Positions 27,818-32,000 of a stretch of 32,000 nt of DNA are shown here, piece after piece; position 1 is the stretch's first letter, and each line of letters starts with the position of its first letter. Source of the stretch: Acaryochloris marina MBIC11017 (lineage in GTDB: Bacteria; Cyanobacteriota; Cyanobacteriia; Thermosynechococcales; Thermosynechococcaceae); the NCBI RefSeq assembly GCF_000018105.1, contig NC_009929.1:150001-182000 (forward strand). The letters are read 5' to 3'. Below the pieces are notes generated by a model that saw only the letters and a program-made list of their open reading frames with translations, was not told the DNA's origin and did no database searches. Position numbers and translations under genes: made by a program.

Positions 27818-28381
27818 ATGGAGGTAATGATGAATAAGAGAATCTTGATCGCCATGGATGATTCTGATTCCAGTGAGTTTGTATTCGAACAAGCATTTCT
27901 CATCGCACAAGAACATAAGTCTAGTCTCAAACTACTCCATGTTCTAAATTCTCAAGATCAAAATTTACCTTCCAACAAGACACTTAGTGACCAATTACAA
28001 TCTACTCAGAAAAATTCAAATGTAATGCCTGTTCAAAAGTCTAATTTCCCTAAATCCAATTCTGAGGGGAGGATTTTAAGGCGTCTAGTTGGTTGTGTAG
28101 AGAGAGCCAAGGCTGCCCGTATAGATGCGGACTATATCTGCATAATTGGAGAACCGGGACAATTAATTTGTGACTTAGCGCTATCTTGGCGTGCAGACTT
28201 AATTCTTTTGGGTGGAGAAGAACCAGCTAGTGATAGTACACCTTCTCACAATAGTGTCAGAAACTATGTTACACACCATGCACCTTGTTCAGTTGAAGTT
28301 GCACGACTTTCAAGGAATCAACAGCCATCAAACTCACTAGAAAATGAGGTTCTTTATTCACATCTTTCTGGTTGGCAATAA
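27818..28381 (+). CDS. Universal stress protein (UspA) family member with degenerate nucleotide-binding motif
   Basis: ILIAMDDSDSSEFVFEQAFLIAQEHKSSLKLLHVL at the N-terminus and ADLILLGG...NSVRNYVTHHAPCSVEV at the C-terminus. A Q/S/N-rich insert lies between them. GGAGG at 27820-27824 favours the ATG at 27827 or 27830 as the true start. Confidence 0.7.
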   Translation: MEVMMNKRILIAMDDSDSSEFVFEQAFLIAQEHKSSLKLLHVLNSQDQNLPSNKTLSDQLQSTQKNSNVMPVQKSNFPKSNSEGRILRRLVGCVERAKAARIDADYICIIGEPGQLICDLALSWRADLILLGGEEPASDSTPSHNSVRNYVTHHAPCSVEVARLSRNQQPSNSLENEVLYSHLSGWQ

Positions 28382-28437
28382 TTTTAGGTACCCAGAAAAT
28401 CGAAAAATAAATTCAGTTCCATAAGGGAGGGATTACG

Positions 28438-28560
28438 ATGCTATATCCTTTATATTCCAGCGGAGCGACTTACTTCGTAGTTAAACTGGGTGTTCTTTGT
28501 TTAGCCATTTTCGTTTGGGGCTGGGCACATCACACCCCTAAGATTTCTAAGGAAATTTAA
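28438..28560 (+). CDS. Candidate 40-aa single-TM micro-protein, below the ORF-track cutoff
   Basis: My own translation: MLYPLYSSGATYFVVKLGVLCLAIFVWGWAHHTPKISKEI. GGGAGG at 28425-28430 is 7 nt upstream of the ATG. It starts 56 nt after the USP stop. Confidence 0.4.
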   Translation: MLYPLYSSGATYFVVKLGVLCLAIFVWGWAHHTPKISKEI

Positions 28561-28686
28561 AAACTCTGTACTTTAGGTGCAGAGGAAACTCATGGCACTG
28601 GTCTATTAATAGGTACACACTTAAACTCTTTTTAGTGAGGAGTTCTAGTGTGCTCAACGGACGAGAACAAAATCTCATCTCCATTG

Positions 28687-29551
28687 CTAGTGTGGTCTGC
28701 TTACTGAGTCCCCAATGGGGTCTAACTTTTGAATCAGGCGTCGTACGTCTAGCACTCTCTGTAACCCCGGCCGCTTCTTCGCATAGAGATTCTGCCGTCT
28801 TCGATAAGCACTACATCGTCTCCTCAAGGCAGCATTGTGAGCCTCATTATGATTGGCATAGACCTCAGACCCTGTACTCATAGCGGTAAAGGGATGCTCT
28901 GCTTTCACCCACTCTACTCGCCGATTCCCCTGAGACCCTTTAACTTTCATCGCGACTTCTAACCCTTCTCGCTAAACCTTGCGATGCCCATAGTCAGGGT
29001 GACACTCCTCACCGTTGAGATAGACACTGGCGAGCTTCCAAAGCTCTTGTCCATAAAGCCTTTCACCTAAGCCTTCGGCACGCTACTCGAACGGTAAACC
29101 ATCGAATCCCATCACAGGCTTTCACCCACTCCCAAGCCTAGTAAACGCCATTTGCAAAAAGTTGTGTATCCTTGAGGTCAGCTTGTGCTGTCAACCAATA
29201 GCGGCTTTCGCGTTCAAGAACGTGGATGTTCCAGCCCTGGGACTAACTGGGGGGAAGATTTTTGCCTACACGAGTGTATACTTCATCCCCTCCTACCGTC
29301 ACATCAGGGCCTGCTGGAGAGGGGGGTGCCCCGTTCTTTGCTTGGTCTGCTAGGCGTTTTTCTCAACGCATAATGATGGTGTGAGATTTACCGAAAATCC
29401 CACCTGTAGCACGAACGCTCATTCCTTCGGTGCGAGCATTGATGGCACAGCTCACCACTGAACTAGAGGTGCGTAAGCGAGCCATTGGGGTATCGGTGCG
29501 TTCATTGAAACACCGATTGCAATCCTTACACGGAAATTAATCGAATTTCAT
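28687..29551 (-). pseudogene. Degenerate IS1-like (Zn-finger/HTH + DDE) transposase gene
   Basis: Minus-strand translation gives MKFD*FPCKDCNRCFNERTDTPMARLRTSSSVVSCAINARTEGMSVRATGGIFGKSHTIIMR*EKRLADQA...GGDEVYTRVGKNLPPS*SQGW...ANGVY*AWEWVKACDGIRWFT. A frameshift follows, then ...NHNEAHNAALRRRCSAYRRRQNLYAKK. That is at least 4 in-frame stops and at least 1 frameshift. The D(E), D and E-x7-R spacing is typical of IS1-type DDE enzymes. Confidence 0.7.
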
Positions 29552-29602
29552 GACAAACAAGCAATTTATGTCTGAAATATTAGTTTCTCTAAATGGGCGT
29601 AG

Positions 29603-30007
29603 CTAGTGGATCGGGGATGCCTTAGATTTCGGAATGGTCACCCCTGGGAATAGGGAGTCAAACCGTTCATTGACCCAAGTAAGCCGAAGAATGAGTAGAT
29701 GATTGAAACCATCCTCACTCCAGCGCATGCCAACCCCCTTAAAGCGCTGTTGAATCAGCCACTTACAAGCACTTTCGACCATTCCTGACCCCAGCGGCAT
29801 CTGTTGTTGTTCAAAGTGGCGATATCGGATGTGTCGGTGATGGCGCTGGAAATAAGCCTGTACCTGGAGCAACGTCGTAAAAGACTTGCCCGTAAACAAT
29901 TGTGAGTGAATCAACATCGTCAAGGACCGCAATACGGGGTATGACAACGATTCGTACAAAAACTGATCATAGAGCTGAAAGCTATATCTGATAGCTATTT
30001 CAGACAA
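29603..30007 (-). pseudogene. C-terminal fragment of a DDE transposase (ISKra4/ISLre2-like)
   Basis: The 134-aa frame contains MPLGSGMVESACKWLIQQRFKGVGMRWSEDGFNHLLILRLTWVNERF, the conserved C-terminal block of ISKra4-type transposases (IGSG..ES...R.K..GM.W). The roughly 300 aa expected upstream are absent. An in-frame stop lies at 30038-30040 and the only 'start' is TTG. Confidence 0.6.
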
Positions 30008-30082
30008 CGGTTTTGTATTTTGAGGTGAGGTAGAAGTTCATATCGTTGTTTTGGACCCGTTTTTAAACTCACTGTTTGATTG

Positions 30083-30103
30083 CAGAGTAGTTTCAATACT
30101 CTG
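30083..30103. repeat. 7-bp inverted repeat with 7-nt spacer (CAGAGTA-GTTTCAA-TACTCTG)
   Basis: Read directly from the sequence, 69 nt beyond the recombinase stop codon. The geometry resembles a tyrosine-recombinase core site or a small hairpin. Confidence 0.35.
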
Positions 30104-30171
30104 AGAGATCTCCAATATGTTCGGCAAGATGGTCAATTCTGAGCTACCCATGTCATCATCTTGAGAACATC

Positions 30172-31068
30172 TTATTGAACTGCATTTTCCAAATATTGAA
30201 ATGCTCTTTGCGCTGCCCCTTTTGCTTGTTCAGATGTGACAGTCTGATATCGAAGGGTGGTCTGGATATGCTGGTGCCCCATTAACGCTCTGAGTTCCTC
30301 CAACCCCATTAGTCCCACTCGCTCTGTCGCAAAAGTATGACGCAGATCGTGCAACCTTATCCCTTGGAGTTGTGGATAGCCTTGAATCGATTGATGCCAG
30401 TGATGATGGGCTGTTCTGTAACTCAGACGGGTCACTTGACTCGTAGGGGTCTTTCTAGCCGTGAACAATGCTGGCGAAGGCGTATAGCGATAGTGCTGAA
30501 TATAGGTCTGCAAGGCTGCAGCTGCATTTTCACTATAAAAGCACCAACGGGTTTTGTTGCCTTTACCCACGACCTGAAATTGCCGTTGCTCCAGATCGAC
30601 TTCTGCCAAATCCAAGGCCAAAATTTCTGAGATGCGGGCCCCACTGTGATGCAATAGCTTCACCAGTGCATACAAGCGTGCATCGTTATAAACAGCTTGA
30701 TACAAGGTCGTCAATTGCTCGGGTTTCAAAAACCGAATGGGCTGATCACTTAGATGCTCTCCCTTGGCTTTATCCGGTGAACGATGCTCTAACTGGGCAA
30801 TGGGATTGCTGCGAATATACCGTTGGCGCACAGCAAAGTTGAGTAAGGCCTTGAGGGTGGCTTGATGCCGATGGTGAGTCGTGTAAGACAGGTGCGTCAG
30901 GCTATTGAGATACTCAGACAGGATGTCAGCATCTAATAATTCCACTGACCAGCTGCCATATCGCTTCAGTAACGGCATCAAGGTCAGTTCATAGGAGCGG
31001 GCTGTGCTCGTAGCCAGATGGGGGCGATCTAAAAACTGGGTTGCCACGGTGGCTAAAGGCTGATTCAT
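30172..31068 (-). CDS. Tyrosine site-specific recombinase (phage-integrase/XerCD family)
   Basis: 298 aa with an N-terminal SAM-like core-binding domain. Catalytic signature GARISEIL (Arg I), HDLRHTFA (H-x-x-R) and GHQHIQTTLRY (His/Tyr). Confidence 0.9.
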   Translation of the reverse strand: MNQPLATVATQFLDRPHLATSTARSYELTLMPLLKRYGSWSVELLDADILSEYLNSLTHLSYTTHHRHQATLKALLNFAVRQRYIRSNPIAQLEHRSPDKAKGEHLSDQPIRFLKPEQLTTLYQAVYNDARLYALVKLLHHSGARISEILALDLAEVDLEQRQFQVVGKGNKTRWCFYSENAAAALQTYIQHYRYTPSPALFTARKTPTSQVTRLSYRTAHHHWHQSIQGYPQLQGIRLHDLRHTFATERVGLMGLEELRALMGHQHIQTTLRYQTVTSEQAKGAAQRAFQYLENAVQ

Positions 31069-31106
31069 CTGGAGCTTTGCTTAAATCTAAAGACTCACTT
31101 CGCCTC

Positions 31107-31622
31107 ATGCACTATACCTCTGGGGAAGAAATATCCAGTGATAAATCCATGCAACCTTTAGAATCCGATTCCCTCCCCCTTGCCGATGAATCCTTGGCTG
31201 AGTATCTTCGCCGTCTACGAGTCAGACTCGGTCTCACCCAGAAGGAAGTCGCTCTCAAGGCCAATATTCATGCCCAAAGCTTGGGTAAGCTGGAGCGCGG
31301 CAAAACGTTGTCCCTCAATCATAAAACTCGTCAGGGCTTAGCTTGTGCCTTACAAATTCCACCTGATTACTTGGATTCCATCAGCCGAGGTCGAGCCATC
31401 CAAGCCACGCAAACTTTGAAATTCTGCCCCCAGTGTTGGCGCATAGGCAGTGCTCCAGAGCCGCTGTGGATGGACCTCAGATCTAAACACTGTTTTGCTT
31501 GCGGCACTCGACTACAAGATCGCTGTATCAGCTGCCAAGAACCCATTACCTCCCTCAAGCATCGTTTTTGCCCCTATTGCGGAACCCCCTATCAAACCCA
31601 GCAGCAGATCCAAGGAGTTTGA
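31107..31622 (+). CDS. XRE-family HTH domain fused to a double zinc-ribbon
   Basis: LAEYLRRLRVRLGLTQKEVALKANIHAQSLGKLERGK is an HTH_3 motif. The C-terminus has CPQC...CFACG...CISC...CPYCG. Start uncertain: ATG at 31107 or 31149; the ORF-track start at 31041 is TTG and overlaps the recombinase. The stop is 4 nt before the tnpA start. Confidence 0.75.
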   Translation: MHYTSGEEISSDKSMQPLESDSLPLADESLAEYLRRLRVRLGLTQKEVALKANIHAQSLGKLERGKTLSLNHKTRQGLACALQIPPDYLDSISRGRAIQATQTLKFCPQCWRIGSAPEPLWMDLRSKHCFACGTRLQDRCISCQEPITSLKHRFCPYCGTPYQTQQQIQGV

Positions 31623-31626
31623 GGTC

Positions 31627-32000
31627 GTGGCCAGTGTACATGAAACCGCCTATCCACGTTTGAAACGGAATCCTTCAGATCAAGACCTTTCAGCTATCTA
31701 CACTCCCACTAAAGAGGAAATGGCGCTAGCGCAGCACCTCACCCGTAGTCCTCAAACTCAATTGGGGTTTTTGGTGATGCTCAAAACCTACCAGCGCTTG
31801 GGCTATGCCATCAAGACCAGTGATGTGCCCGCTGCTGCTGTGCGTCACATCGCCACTATAGTTGGCCTACACGGTTTCCAACTGGATCTGACGACTTATG
31901 ATCGCTCCCCCACACGCTACCGGCACCTGAATATTATTCGGGGGTATCTACAAATCACCAAGTATGGTCCTCAAGCCAAAGCGGTCATTGAGGCGTCCAT
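31627..32000 (+). CDS. tnpA: Tn3-family transposase, N-terminal (DUF4158) region; 3' end outside window
   Basis: Not in the ORF track because there is no stop inside the window. GTG at 31627 with AAGGAG at 31612-31617. My translation: VASVHETAYPRLKRNPSDQDLSAIYTPTKEEMALAQHLTRSPQTQLGFLVMLKTYQRLGY...YDRSPTRYRHLNIIRGYLQI. This matches the DUF4158 pattern of Tn3 transposases from memory. Confidence 0.72.
   Translation, partial: MASVHETAYPRLKRNPSDQDLSAIYTPTKEEMALAQHLTRSPQTQLGFLVMLKTYQRLGYAIKTSDVPAAAVRHIATIVGLHGFQLDLTTYDRSPTRYRHLNIIRGYLQITKYGPQAKAVIEAS

Larger units (their letters stand above)
30041..32000. mobile_element. Left part of a putative Tn3-family transposon (recombinase / HTH-Zn-ribbon / tnpA); ends not defined
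   Basis: Gene content as above. It abuts the truncated ISKra4-like fragment, consistent with insertion into an older IS. I could not identify a terminal inverted repeat. Confidence 0.45.

Noticed and set aside
28635-29373. Plus-strand ORFs 28635-28883, 29162-29353 and 29185-29373
   Set aside because: They lie antisense to the reconstructed IS1-like transposase pseudogene and have no protein-like features.
28600-29600. Terminal inverted repeats and target-site duplication of the IS1-like relic
   Set aside because: I compared the sequence flanking both ends of the transposase remnant by eye and found no matching inverted repeats. The ends are presumably eroded.
1-32000. CRISPR arrays, tRNA/rRNA genes, long tandem repeats
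   Set aside because: No regularly spaced direct repeats, no tRNA-like T-arm (GGTTCGAATCC-type) in the intergenic regions, and no rRNA-like sequence recognised. The scan was visual only, so short or diverged elements could have been missed.

Overview
Cyanobacterial chromosomal segment. I count about 10 exact HIP1 octamers (GCGATCGC), all before nt 26,016. From 1-6.6 kb, the 3' end of hoxH converges on a tightly packed minus-strand array: hoxW-hypA-hypB-[DUF1614-like membrane protein]-[PF04008-like protein]-hypF-hypC. From 6.9-26 kb the genes are housekeeping or regulatory: a secreted hypothetical, a UbiA-family prenyltransferase, a HypE-like AIR-synthase paralog and a ~1570-aa CBS/GAF/PAS hybrid histidine kinase. 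These are followed by glgP, a group-2-type sigma factor, an MDR oxidoreductase, a PRC-barrel-like gene, groES-groEL, DUF1830, DUF1816 and an MgtC/DUF4010 membrane protein. From ~26.0-28.6 kb the composition drops to roughly 25-30% GC against ~50% elsewhere, with no HIP1 and only small orphan genes. From 28.6-32 kb there is mobile-element debris: an IS1-like transposase pseudogene, a truncated ISKra4-like transposase fragment, and a Tn3-family module (tyrosine recombinase, XRE-HTH/zinc-ribbon protein, 5' end of tnpA). The best candidate for an undescribed system is the two-gene insert inside the hydrogenase-maturation operon. The AT-rich island and the unusual Tn3 module come next. All family assignments come from motif recognition by eye. 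No database or HMM search was possible.
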